This document shows, in pieces, positions 14,146 to 26,984 of a stretch of 64,000 nucleotides of DNA; positions within the stretch are counted from its first letter, which is position 1; each line of letters starts with the position of its first letter. The notes below the pieces were generated by a model. The model worked only from the letters and a program-made list of their open reading frames with translations. It did no database searches and was not told where the DNA came from. The position numbers and the translations under genes were made by a program. This DNA comes from Octopus vulgaris (Eukaryota), in the NCBI GenBank assembly GCA_951406725.2, contig OX597827.1:79608001-79672000 (forward strand), read 5' to 3'.

Positions 14146-16292
14146 GGATTACTAATACTGATTCTCTGAAAGTTGATAATAATGGAACCTTGTTACTCTT
14201 TGTCATCCTCATTGATTATTAGCAATTCATAGCAAGACTCTTTTGGCTTCAAAATCTCTAAAATCCTTTATAGCAACGGCACAACTTTTATGCATTCAAG
14301 ACTTCGTTGTTAAGGATGGAATTACCTTTCCCAAAACTTTAAACTGTATGACAGCACAACAATACTAAAGTGCTATTCACAAGTGAATTGGTAAACCAAC
14401 CCTACACACATGAAATGAAGAAGAAAAAAACCCCAAAAAAACTTATACATAAACTGACATTCATGACTTGTTTAAAACCCCGTAACCAATCTACCATTGA
14501 ATTATTTCCTCTGTTTTTCTCTACTTCACTTCTACTTCAACAACAAAAATATCTTCTCCTGACACTTACTCTCTACCACACACAGACACACCTAAAATAT
14601 CTGATGGAATCTACTGCTCTGTCTTTTTCTTACACTAATGTTACTTCTTTTGTCACTAATACTAAATAATTTAATTATACCTTTCCTACCACCAAAGCTA
14701 CAACTAACCAAAGCTACAACTAACCAGAACTACCTTTATATCAATTTGCCTCATCTTAGTCAGTTATTCATATTCTGTCCTCAAATCATTCCCTAAACAA
14801 CAATGATTTTTTGAGATTAAGAACAAAAAGAAATTTCATTATATTTTAAACATTAGGTTGAGGAAAAAGTTTGTGCACCATGTTTTGAAGAATAGTTGTT
14901 GTTTTTGAATAAATCATTATTTTAACATGATGCATGATCTTTTTTACTAGGTTGGCTAGTATTATAAATCCTCCCTAATATGATGAATATATATTAGATT
15001 TTGGTTACATTTTGTTAAGATTTATGTCTTATGTCAGTGTACACGTATGTTTGAATGTAGAAGAACAAAATATTCTTCATTTCATTATTTATTCTGCTCC
15101 TAAAGGCAAAATGCTTAGTGGCATTTCATCCATCTTTACATTCTGAGATCAAATTTCGTCAAGGTCAGCTTTGCCTTTCATCCTTTTGAGGTTAATAAAA
15201 TAAGGACCATTTGAACACTTGAACTTGCTGGCCTTGTACCAGATCTTGAAGCCATTATTCTGCACCTCATCCTCATGATTATACAAATATTATTTATACT
15301 TTTTTTTATGTAATAAATTCACAATTTTATGTATGTTTTTCTTGAATTAATTCATAATAACACAAATCATTGAGGTATTTGTTTCAAGTATCAGTTATGA
15401 CTATGAGTGCATGTAGGCTTTATGAAATTTGATGAATTTAATTTTCCATATATTAATACCAATCTTCATTCGAACATTCTTGCCTTCTCTGCATAACAGC
15501 CTCTGTTGTGAGGCATTAGAAATGACTAACATTGTTATAACACAGCTAATCCATTACACTATTGTGAATGACAGTGAAAAATATATAGCGTTTAACCATA
15601 GCACCACAATATGAGAAATATGTGGAGTGTCACAATTTAGCATTAAAGAGAAAGAGAGAAATCATTTATTGCAGATGGGAGGTAAAAAAGAAAAAAGAAT
15701 TTTATTATATTTATGAAAGGGGTAAATGTTTGTGTTTGTAAATACCAGTTTCATTGAATTATGTACAATGTCTACAGAGGAATTGAGATTATTAAACACA
15801 TTCCTTTCTGAAATAAAGAAACAAAACAACTGCAATAGCTAAATCCATTGCTAAGGAGTTAAGTCATAGTTTTGTGCCATGGGGTTACAAATCCTAGGAT
15901 AGTAACAACTGAAACTGAGAATCCATCTAATTTTGTTACTTGAGAATTTAATGGTTATCTTTTCAAATAACAAAAATGCAGATGAAATTAAATTTCCTAT
16001 TTTCATAGAAAGGCAAAAAGGCAATGAGTACATTGCTTTATATACATCCATTTTAACAACTAGCTTTTAAATATATATTCCTCTTCGAAGATTATTTCCA
16101 AGTTCAAGGCTTTATTTTGCATTCTTTTCCCCAAAAAAAGTAGTTGAGTAGAGTGACCTCCCTTATATTGCTTCTTTTGAAACTAGCTTCACTCACACCA
16201 TAATTGTTTTAAAATATTTGATAGTTAAGAAAACAATTTGTTGATTGACAATTTAATTTTGTTGATGATCAGTATTTCGGATTTATGATCCC

Positions 16293-16293
<1 letters not shown>

Positions 16294-16344
<51 letters not shown>

Positions 16345-16358
16345 TCGAGATCATAATG

Positions 16359-16405
<47 letters not shown>
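16294..16405. repeat. (AT)n and (TAA)n microsatellites
   Basis: Directly visible. Confidence 0.95.
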
Positions 16406-18208
16406 TTATTGCATCGAATGTTGAGCGATTGCTTGGAAAAATTGTATCGAATGTTGAGCGATTGCTTGGAAAAAGTATGGCAAATTGGAGGACGGACCTG
16501 ACAACATGCGGAAGAAGTTTAGAGACAGTAGAAATTAGTAGGGGCATCTTCCAAGGGGACTGCCTGTCCCCACTAGTCTTTGTACTGTGATTGATACCAC
16601 TAACACTGATTCTGAGGAAAGCAAAAGCTGGGTATATATTCAAAAGCTGCCAACAAAAAGTTAACCATTTGTTATTCATGGATGACCTCAAACTTTAGGG
16701 TAAAGATGAATCCCAAGTCAGTTCCCTCGTTGATATGGTGTATACTTTCAGTGCTGATATCAGAATGGAGTTCAAACTGAGAATGTATGGTGTGTTTGTC
16801 TTGAAGAAATGCAGAATCAAATGTATGGATGGGCTAAAGATACCATCGGGGGAGGTTTTTGATGCAGATAGAAGAGACAGGCTATAAATACTTGGGCATT
16901 TGGGAAATGGATAAATTGATGGAGAAAGAAATGACAGAAAAATTTAAGGTGGAGTACTTGTGCAGACTGAGATTGATCCTTAAGTTGAAATTAAACGGAC
17001 GGAATAAGATTGAAGCTATCAACACCTGGGCGGTTTCACTCCTCAGATATGGAGCAGGAGTAATCGCATGGACAGTAGACGAACTAAAGAACTTAGAGAG
17101 AAAAACAGGGAAGTTGCTGACTAGATATGGGACACTCCACCCAAAAAGTGACACAGATAGACTGTTTGTACCAAGAAAAAGAGGGTGAAGAGGACTTATT
17201 GGATGTAAACACAGCATTAGAGCAGAAGAAAACAACATAGCATGGTAGTAAAAAATGCCACAGAACCACTATTATTAGAAGTAAGAAGGTCAGGCTTGTG
17301 TAGGATGAAAGATTGCAAAGATAAAGCACTGTATAAGCAATTGAAAACGAATGAAACAGAAAATAGGTGGATAAAAAAAAAATGCATGAACAATTTCAAA
17401 GAGATGTTGAAGATAAGACAGACAGAGGGAAAAGATGGTTGTGGATGACTAAAAGTGATTTAAAACCGGAAACAGAGGCTCTAATCTGTGCTGCCCAAGA
17501 GCAAGTGCTAAAAACAAATTACATAAAATACAGAATAGACAACACATCAGAAAGTGATAAGTGCAGAATTTGTTGACAAAATGGTGAAACTACATGGCAT
17601 ATTACCAGCCAATGTACGCCACTAGCCCAGAAGGAATATAAGAAATGCCACAACAGTATAGCAAGGCTTATCCATTGGACACTTTGCAACAAGTATGGAC
17701 CTGACAGAGCAAAAAATTGGTACGACCATAAACCCGAAGGCATCATCGTATATGATAATGCAAAGATCCTGTGGGATTTTATGATTCAGTGTGACCATGA
17801 GATAGAGAATAGGAAGCCAGACATGTCTTAATTAAGAAAGAAAGCAAACTATGCTGGATCATAGATATAGCATGCCCAGCTGACAAGAAGGTATGTGATA
17901 AGGAAGAAAGAAAAGTCGATAGATATGACAGGTTAGCTTGGGAGGTTAAGCAGTTGTGGTCGATGAAAAAGGTGGTAGTAGTACCAATAATTGTCAGAGC
18001 CCTGGGAACAGTGAGTAAATATCTTGAGAAGTACATGGAACAAATAGGGGCTGCAATAAGAGTGGAGCACTTGCAGAAAACAGTACTGCTTGGAACCACT
18101 CAAATACTCTGGAAGGTGCTCGAAAAATAAGGAGTGTTACCTTAGTTCACTGGTAGTGAACAGCTGACACCATAGTACATCTCCAGCATTAGAAGCTGTG
18201 CAAAGGCA
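16406..18208 (+). mobile_element. 5'-truncated R4/Dong-like non-LTR retrotransposon (RT, CCHC finger, restriction-like endonuclease)
   Basis: GIFQGDCLSPL, LLFMDDLKL, YKYLGI, CRIC..ETTWHI..C, PD...IIDIACPAD. Flanked on both sides by (TAA)n. Confidence 0.85.
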
Positions 18209-18225
18209 ATAATAATAATAATAAT

Positions 18226-18630
18226 TATGAAATTATTGTGTATAGTGCTCAGGTGCACTACAACTCATCAAAGGTGCATGTACAGTACATAGAATTATAT
18301 ACAAAAATCAGAGAAGTGAACATTGTAAGAGTCATAATATACAAGTGTGCATACGTATGGTGGTGGGGATATCAGGTGTAACATTGGATAGTTTCAGGAA
18401 GCATGGAGGTTTTAAAGGATGCAATGTCTCGACAACTAAAACTGATGCAGGTAGTTTGTTCCATGCTTCAGCAACTCTGAGTGTGAAAAAAATGTTTCTG
18501 AATGTCACGGGAGCTGTGCTGTTTTCTGACTTTGTAGGCTTGCCCATATGTGTTAGACACATGGAGCTCAAAAAGGTGCACAAAGTGGTTGTTGACACAA
18601 TGGTCAATAATTTTGTGGGTGTTTAGCAAA
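18226..18630 (-). mobile_element. 3' fragment of the same CR1-group LINE family
   Basis: FFTLRVAEAWNKLPASV and a 3' end nearly identical to 8450-8820. Confidence 0.85.
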
Positions 18631-19047
18631 TCAATTGCCACAATAATACCCACAGAATTAAATAATTGGAAATTATTGGCTTACCATTCTCTGCACATCC
18701 TGCTTGTACACGTCATGTTGCACAACTGTGGTTGTTACAGGTTATGGTGCAAGCGTTTGTTCAAACAGACTGCACACACGTTAAGAACATGTTTCATTCT
18801 TTGATACAGATCATTCATAAATCACAATTTGTATCAAGTATTTGTTTTATACCCTTATAAATTAAGGGTCAGTTTAAACAGACGATCAGCATGAATGGGT
18901 TAATAAGATGAAGGAAAACTATTTGTTCAATCCTGTGAAATATAGATGCACTTATTTAAATTTTTTGAGAAACTTAACAAACAGATTTGCTAAGAATGTG
19001 GTACAAACAATTCAAAGCCCCGGTCTTTTGTAGCACAGTGAGGCTAT

Positions 19048-19083
<36 letters not shown>

Positions 19084-19096
19084 CGATGATGATGAT

Positions 19097-19307
19097 CCTT
19101 TCTACTATGGGCACAAGGCCTGAAATTGGGGCAGAGGGGGATAGGCAATTGCATTAAGCCCAGTATTTAACTGGTATTTAATTTATTGACCCTGAAAGGA
19201 TGAAAGGCAGAGTCAACATTGGTGGAATTGAACTCAGAATGTAAGGAGAGGTGAAATACTGCTAAATATTTCATCTGGCATGCTAACGATTCTGCCAGCT
19301 CACCGCC

Positions 19308-19309
<2 letters not shown>
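19097..19309 (-). mobile_element. Second tRNA-derived SINE family copy
   Basis: Head GGCGGTGAGCTGGCAGAATCGTTAGC..TGAGTTCAATTCC. Related copies near 15110-15250, 38230-38905, 40820-41217 and 55022-55105. Confidence 0.8.
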
Positions 19310-19398
<89 letters not shown>

Positions 19399-19459
19399 TA
19401 ATAATAATAATAATAATAATAATAATTATTATTATTATTATTATTACTATTATTATTAT
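19309..19459. repeat. (AAT)n switching to (ATT)n microsatellite
   Basis: Directly visible. Confidence 0.95.
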
Positions 19460-20346
19460 GTCTAGTTTGGCAGAAAACCAGCAATTTTAGAGGAAGGAGG
19501 CAAGTCAATTACATTGATCCCAATACTCAACAGGTACTTATCAAACGCAAAAGGATGAAAAGCAAAGTTCATCTGGGTGACATTTGAACTCAGCATGTAC
19601 AGAGTTTAAAGAAACACCAATCATCCTGTTAATGATTCTGCTGGCTTGATAACTGATGTTGGTTTATTTACACTCTTTCTGGTTCAGTAAAAGTGACCGA
19701 TAAAATAAATACTAGATTTAAAATAAGTCTGGAGTTGACTTGCTCAACTAACTCAACATGACACTGCCTCAGCATGGCTGCAGTCCAATGACTGAAACAA
19801 GTAGAAGAGTAAAAGATTGTGTTTCTAAAGAGAATCCAGGGAAAATAGTAAAACTCATTTATAATAAACCAATTCCTGAAGATGAAATGAAAATTCTTGG
19901 AGAAATTTTAAAATAATGTGACTATTTTGAAATATTAAGACTTATTCAAATTGCCTTCAATTGTTCAAAAACACTGAAGTCTATGAACTAAATTAATGCT
20001 ACATAGTGTCAAGCAAATCTTTATTTTATGTGTTAGATGGCTCCTGTAGTCTACATTCACATGAAAAACCAATGTATTCGTAACTATCAGAAAACAGATG
20101 TTGCAAGGGGAACAACTGAAGATGGCATCATGATAAGATTTAGATCACGTTGGTCAAATAGAAGCTAAGAAGTTTGGAGGAGAGTGGAAAGTAAAGTTTC
20201 ATTGAATATTCTAGCTTGCCATCTAAATTGGAACTTGGTACATATCAGTTTTTGAATGTGTGAGTGCACATATATAACAGCTCTGTATCAGCATTAGAAT
20301 TATGTTCCTCATGAAATAATTATAAAGCAAAAGCATAGCTTGTATA

Positions 20347-20735
20347 GGTGTAGGTGTGGCTGTGTGGTAAGAAACTTGATTCCCAACCACATGGTTCTGT
20401 GTTCAGTCCCACTGCATGGCACCTTGGGCAAGTATCTTTCTCTATAGCCTTGGACCAACCAAAGCCTTGTGACTGGATTTGGTGGATAGACAATCAAAGA
20501 AGATAAATGTATATATCTATGTGTGCGCGTCTTTGTGTCTGTGTTTGTCCTCCCCCCCCCCCCATCACTGCTTGACAATAGGTTTTGGTGAGCTTACATC
20601 CTTGTAACTTAGTGGTTTGGAATGAGAGACTAATAGAGTAAGTTCTTGGCTTAAGAAGTCCTGGGATCGATTTGTTTGGCCTATAACCCTTCAAGGCAGT
20701 CCATAGTCAAATGACTGAAACAAGTAAATGAATAA
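20347..20735 (+). mobile_element. tRNA-derived SINE (same family as 5027-5441)
   Basis: GTGGCTGTGTGGTAAG..GTTCAGTCCC head; AATGACTGAAACAAGTAA tail. Confidence 0.85.
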
Positions 20736-21581
20736 AAGAAAAAAAAAGAGTAGCGTATGATGATAATAGTTGTGGATATTGTGAAATGATGAGGTGTACA
20801 TTGTATATTTGGAAATAGGCTTTTTTAATATTACATCAACTCCACAGTATAGTGATGTTAATAGAGTAGATAGGGGAAGGATGAGAGAGAGAGAGAGAAA
20901 GAAAAGAGATAGGGAGATGACTTGTGGTTGTGTAGGTTGCTGGAGTGTTGGGTGGGTTGTGTCAAATATAGTGAATGAGGAGGGTGAAAGATGTAGTGGT
21001 GAGGAGAGAGAGTTTTGTGGTTCAGTGGGGTATGAGCAAGGAAAAAATGTGCATGAAGAAAACAGTATTAAGCATGCAAGATGAATCCAAAGGTAAATGG
21101 TTCTAAATTGTTCAGAGACAGGTATAGAGCATGGAGAGAGTGAAAGATGTGTAAGTGTGGAATATCAAGTGAAATGGTTTCGGGTAGTAAGAAAGATTAG
21201 TGGTTTCCAGGAAAAGCTGCATTTAGAGAAATGATGGATGATGTATCTTGAAGAGGAAACTAAGCTACTAGCCAATTGCAAATATTTATATATATATATA
21301 TACATACACACACACACACGCACACACACTCATATATATATTAGAGAAAAACCACTATTATGCAATTCAAACAATGATAGACATAAACCAAATCATAAAT
21401 AAAAAATATATTTTAAAACATATAACTAGATCACAAAAAGTACAAAAAGGAATAAACTTATTATATATTGTTTATTCATTTTTGTACTTTTTGTGATCTA
21501 GTTATTATATATTTATATTCTGAAATTTGATTTAATACTAAATTGAATTTTTCCCTGTAAGTTTGGAGTTATACTCCCTAA

Positions 21582-21618
<37 letters not shown>

Positions 21619-21679
21619 GCATATATATTATTATATATATATATATATTATTATTATATATATATATATATACGTTTAT

Positions 21680-23294
21680 ATATTTGTTGTGCAAGATTTT
21701 TTATGTGAAGTCGTGTGTTGAAACAGATATTGTTATATTTCGGAATGGTCATTTTGCCAGTTTAGCCAATAAAAACACACGCAGTATATATTTGGTGTTA
21801 TTTTGTTTCAGTGTTATTTATTTTTTACATTAATCTTAATCTTATTTCGGCCAGAGTTCTTTCGTCACACTCCTGTGACCGCATCAGTGGTCCTTTGCTT
21901 TCTTCTTTCTTATTTGTGTCTCTCCTTACTGTCAGCCATTTTGTATTTCTATTTTATTTCATTTGCGCATGCTTATATCTCTATGTGCGTCTATGTTTAT
22001 TTAGTGTGTGTGGGGGGGGGTGCCTGTAATATTTGTATCTTCTGTTTATATACGTTCATGTAATTTGTTTTTGTTGTTGTTGTTTTTGTTTATTCTTATT
22101 TTGTTCATGTGTTTACATCCACTTATCATTATTATCATTACGTATGCTTGTATGTATGTATGTATGTATGTATGTATAACAACAATACTAGTAATAATAA
22201 TAATAATAAATATAAAAAACTTTAAAATTAAAAAACAAAGAAAACTTATATAGTTATTTATTTCTATTTGTTTATTTATCTGTGTATTTTATTTATTATG
22301 TTTTCGGTTTTGTCTATATTGTAAGTTGTGGTGTGTGCTAGTGTTCCATTCCAGTTTCCTATTCAGGCTAGGTTTATCTTCTATTCTGTGTGTAGCTTCT
22401 GTAATTTGTCTGATTGTTGCATCTGTTCTATGTGTGGACAATATTTTAATTTCTATGTTGTTGATTGATCCCCCGTGTTCCTGTTCGGCGTGTTGGTACA
22501 GAATCGATGAGCTTTTATCTTCCTTAGGTCCTCTCCAATGAACATTTAAATACAGTGAATGATTAGTCTTTGTTGCTGAGGTCAAACTTTAACTTTGTTA
22601 ATGATTTTTTCAAGTTTTTAGGCTGCCTTTTACTAAGAAACAGCTCGATCTGTGATTATATCTTTTAATTCATTACTTTGAGCAATGATTGGTAGGTTTG
22701 CTTTGACAATGTTGAAGATATCTGGTGACATGGGTTGTGTGTGACAATAAATGGTATGTCTTGTTCCTGTTTTCCTCTTCTTTGGGTTGTCCTCAGTTCT
22801 TGTATGGGTGTTTTTATAGCCTGCTGTATACCATTTTCTATAAGTAGAGACAGGTATTTTTGTTTGAGCAAAAATTCTCATAGTTCTGTTAGGTGTTTGT
22901 TCTTGATATTTGCATCTTCTAAAATGGTACAAATTCTTCTGGTTAAGCAGTATGAGATGTTGTGTTTTGTATGTGGATGGCATGACTTAAAATTCAGGTA
23001 TTGATGTGTGTTCATGTGATTGTAGTATATATCTGTGGTAATGGTGGTGTCCTTTTTAATTACCATTGTATCTAGGAATGGTAATTTGGTACTACTCATC
23101 TCTTTTGTAAATTGGAGAGATGAGTGTAAGTTGTTCAGGAGGATATTGAACTCTTCCAGTGTATTTAGAGATTCTGTCCAGATTATGAAACAACTGTCAA
23201 GGTATCTATTCCATGCCTTTTCAATATAATTTCTAAATCCAGTGCTATAGTTTTCCACTACTTCTTGGTAGAGTTGTTGTTCTAGATATCCCAA
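21680..23294 (-). mobile_element. Penelope-like element remnant (RT, thumb, GIY-YIG end, 3' region)
   Basis: WNRYLDSCFIIW, LPFLDTMV, QYLNFKSCHP, ILYQH..H...RQITEATH...PSLNRK. Confidence 0.85.
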
Positions 23295-25328
23295 AATTAA
23301 CCATAATTAATGGTTAAATCAGATATCAAAAAATAATTTACTGCCTCCTAAAATTTTTGCTTTGATTTTAATCTCTCTACAAGGCTCAAGTTAGGACCAC
23401 AGTAAAATCTAGGACAATGCCACAGCCGCTCATATGTACATCATAAATTGAATATGCAAAAAGGTCACCCGATTAATTGACATAGAGTTGCTCACCAAAT
23501 TTTATATAAATCATCTCTTGCACTCTCTCCCTCCCTCACACACACATACATATTCTGTAAGGAAAGATTTTACAATGACTTTTATTTAACAAATAAACAT
23601 TTAATTTGGGAACAGATTTTCTATTGGAAACAAGTCAAAAATAAGAAATCATTTTCTTTATTGTATAATTTACCAATGTGTGAAAACATTTCCTATAAAA
23701 ATGGTTTTTCTGGAGATATTTGAAATATTTTTTTTCATTCAGAAAGCATTTAGCAAATTTCCTGGAAATAAAAAAGTGTTTTAAGAGTTTTACTTTGAAA
23801 TAACTGATTTAATGAAATTACACAATATCAAATATTAGAAAATAAAAATAACTGAAGATTTAAGTTTTTTGATTCCCTTTGAAATTTCAGTTTATGTCAT
23901 CTGAAATATGTTTATGTCTTGAAACATTGGATCCATTTGTAAACAAAGTTAATTTGTAATATCTGTCAATGACTCTTAACAAAACACCTTGTTAAATTGA
24001 CATTTTTGCCTTTAAAAGTTATAAAAAGTTTTGAAAATGCACAATTAGAGATGACATTCAGTAATATTTCGTGTTTAGATCATCTTTATTCAGTATATAA
24101 TTGTAATTGTTAATGTTAAAATGTTCAACTCGAAAGAAAATCACAGAATTGCCATACAGATATGCTTCAAATACATTCAACAGACCAATGTTGAGGCCTC
24201 TACATGGTTTATTTCTAGACCTGCTAGAGAGTGCAGCCAAATTTTGTTCAAATCATACACTACCATAAGAGGGCACATTAGTAAATATGGTTCTGGGTTC
24301 CTTGGAAAAAGATAGGATGTTCATGATTGGAATGTCTTTAATCAGTTTGCTGAATCAATATTGACTTGGGATGAAACACAACAAATGTACACTTACGTGT
24401 ACATTCCCACTCAAATGCAGAGACACATGCATTTGCAAATATACATTACACTTATCATTGTAACTGCTATAATCTATTAGTTAAAACATAAGATGATTAA
24501 TGCCAAATTATGTTTACTATAGCAGTTCGTGTTATATAAAAATATTTCTCTTCTAAATATAGGATTGTTTTTGCAAAAAACATTACATCACATAACATGG
24601 AATATAAAAAATATTCCTTTAAATGATAAATACTGCATACTGTTTTAAATCCTATTTTATAAATCTAGGATATACAGCATGAAAGATTGTTAACCTAATA
24701 ACTAAAATATAAATTGTTATGTTTAAGGAAGTTATTACAGATGATTAAATTAAATCTAGCACATGACTTATTATTGACCCTGAAGGGATGAAAGGTAAAA
24801 TCAATCACAGTGATACTTGAACTCAGCATCACCCCAAATTAATTAAACTCTTCTTCGTGTATTGAGGATGAGCTATCTTTTTTGTACTCACAAATGAGTA
24901 TATGTATAAATACACATTTTTACATTCACATTTTCTAAACATTTTCTATATATTATGTGCACAACTATGTATCTGTACACAGGGAAAACATATATCAGGG
25001 TATGTATATATAAACCAGAATATTTAAAATGAAGATAAGGTCCATGTTCACCTCATCATGGTCTGTATGCATACCTTGTATGATTGAATGTAGGTAAAAA
25101 ATATTTTTTGCTATATTCATCTTCAATAATACTAATGTATTCCAAAGACACTTGTCTCATGCACATTAAATGGTACTATATCACTCCTACAATCGAATGT
25201 AACCATAAATGGGTGTTTTATGATTCTGTCTCTGGAAGGCTTATAGGCATTTTGCTCACTTCTCTGCTTGTTGATTCATTTCTATTACAATCTCATTGAT
25301 TCCTTTTTATATGTCTGTCTTTGTGGTT

Positions 25329-25375
25329 TCAGTCCATCTTTGAAGTGGATGATATGTGTCTGAAGTTGTAAAGCC
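25329..25375 (-). CDS. Protocadherin terminal coding exon (GLYNFRHISSTSKMD-stop)
   Basis: Strong acceptor TTTCTCTTCTTTTGGCTTTTTCCAG|GG. Read in phase 1 from exon 2 it gives a short open frame to TGA at 25331-25329. Inferred from splice signals only. Confidence 0.6.
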
Positions 25376-25560
25376 CTGGAAAAAGCCAAAAGAAGAGAAA
25401 ATTATCAAACTTACCTTTACAGGATAATAGTTTTAGAAACCCAACTTAAAATTAAGTATAATATAAACCATTAAATGCTTGACAGTAATACTCAATCTTG
25501 AATTAGACCATCAGATTTATCACGTTAGTAGGTTTAAAAAATATTGTAAAAATAACTTAC

Positions 25561-25602
25561 CAGTTAAAAAATGCTGAATATATTTTGTCTTAGGTCTCTG
25601 TC
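25561..25602 (-). CDS. Candidate 42-nt in-frame cassette exon of the protocadherin (GQRPKTKYIQHFLT)
   Basis: ATTCTAG| acceptor with a weak pyrimidine tract and a consensus donor CTG|GTAAGT at 25560. Length is divisible by 3, phase 1-1, no stop. Confidence 0.3.
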
Positions 25603-25839
25603 CTAGAATATGTGCTTAGCATTGTGAGATTTGCATTTCGTTTAATATATTTTGTTTAAGAAATAATATAATTTTAAATCTCCAGACAATTTTAAAGTTT
25701 AAACCATAATTTTCACATGAGGATTATCTGGTGGAATATGTATGCATATACATACATACATGATACACACACACACACATAATATATATATATGTGTGTG
25801 TATATATACATGTATGTATGTATACATATATATATACCA

Positions 25840-26420
25840 AATGAGATGGTGTGGCCATATTGTTCAAATGGCAGATGAACGCATGCCAAAACAGCTGTTT
25901 TATGGTGAGCTTTCAGAGGGGAAATGCTATCGGCATAAACCTAAAAAAAAAAGGTTTAAGGATGGCATAAGAACTACTACACAGTCACTTGGAATGGATC
26001 CAGAAGACATGGATACCCTTGCTTTGGATCGAGTTGGATGCGAACAAAAGTGTGGAGTGGAGTGAAAGCATTTGAAGAGGCCAGGATGACACAACTAAGA
26101 TTCAGAACAGATCTAAGGAAGAATGTTACGATCGAGAAGGTGAATGACAATGACCTTTTCGTGTGCACAGTTTGTGACAGACCATGCCTTTCTTTTGCTG
26201 GGCTCAAATCTAATTTGCAAACCCATGAAAAACAAACCTCCACCAATTATTCTGCCTATATGTCTGAGCACAAATCTTTGAATGCAGTGTATGCCAGAAA
26301 GTTTGCAAATCTAATGGAGGCCTCAAAAGAGATTTTAAGATCCACAAAGATCAGAACTTATCTGCAGCTCTTGGTGGTCCAAATCGGATATGCAATCTAA
26401 GTGGGTGTCTTTTCAGAACA
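25840..26420 (+). mobile_element. RTE/BovB-like LINE 3' fragment
   Basis: RWCGHIVQMADERMPKQLFYGELSEGK..RFKD and C2H2-like FVCTVCDRPCLSFAGLKSNLQTH. Confidence 0.85.
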
Positions 26421-26710
26421 TATATTATAAATAAGAAAATGGAGACGCACATTAGTTGGTTCATCAGCTTTAGGATATTTTAATGTTGACTTTTTTATCT
26501 ATCAAAACTACAACCATAATAACATACATACATATAGTATATTATTCAATGCATATAAGATGAGAATACAATTAGTTATTAAAAAACATGAATATAAATT
26601 ATTAAAATCACTTACAGCTGTTTCAGTCAATGGATATTAGCAACTCATTGTGCCTATATTAGTCAAGTGTATTGAGGTGGTAGGCAGTTGTAAATGAGGT
26701 ACTTATATAT

Positions 26711-26825
<115 letters not shown>

Positions 26826-26830
26826 TTTTT

Positions 26831-26984
26831 ATATGTAGTTAAGTCTGTGTCTGGTCATAGAGTGACCAATGGTTTTGCATCCATAAAGTACCTAGCCCTA
26901 TGGATAGCTCATCAGACTCTAGGCCCTTTATGGATGTGAAACCATTGGTCACTCTATGACCCAGACACAAACTTCACTGCATAT
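26831..26984. repeat. Long hairpin (about 60-bp arms) in protocadherin intron
   Basis: GTGTCTGGTCATAGAGTGACCAATGGTTT..ATCCATAAAG pairs with CTTTATGGAT..AAACCATTGGTCACTCTATGACCCAGACAC. Confidence 0.9.

Noticed and set aside
25409-25446. Perfect donor AAG|GTAAGT at 25414 with a possible 30-nt exon
   Set aside because: It is only 39 nt from the next acceptor (too short an intron) and has a weak AAG acceptor.
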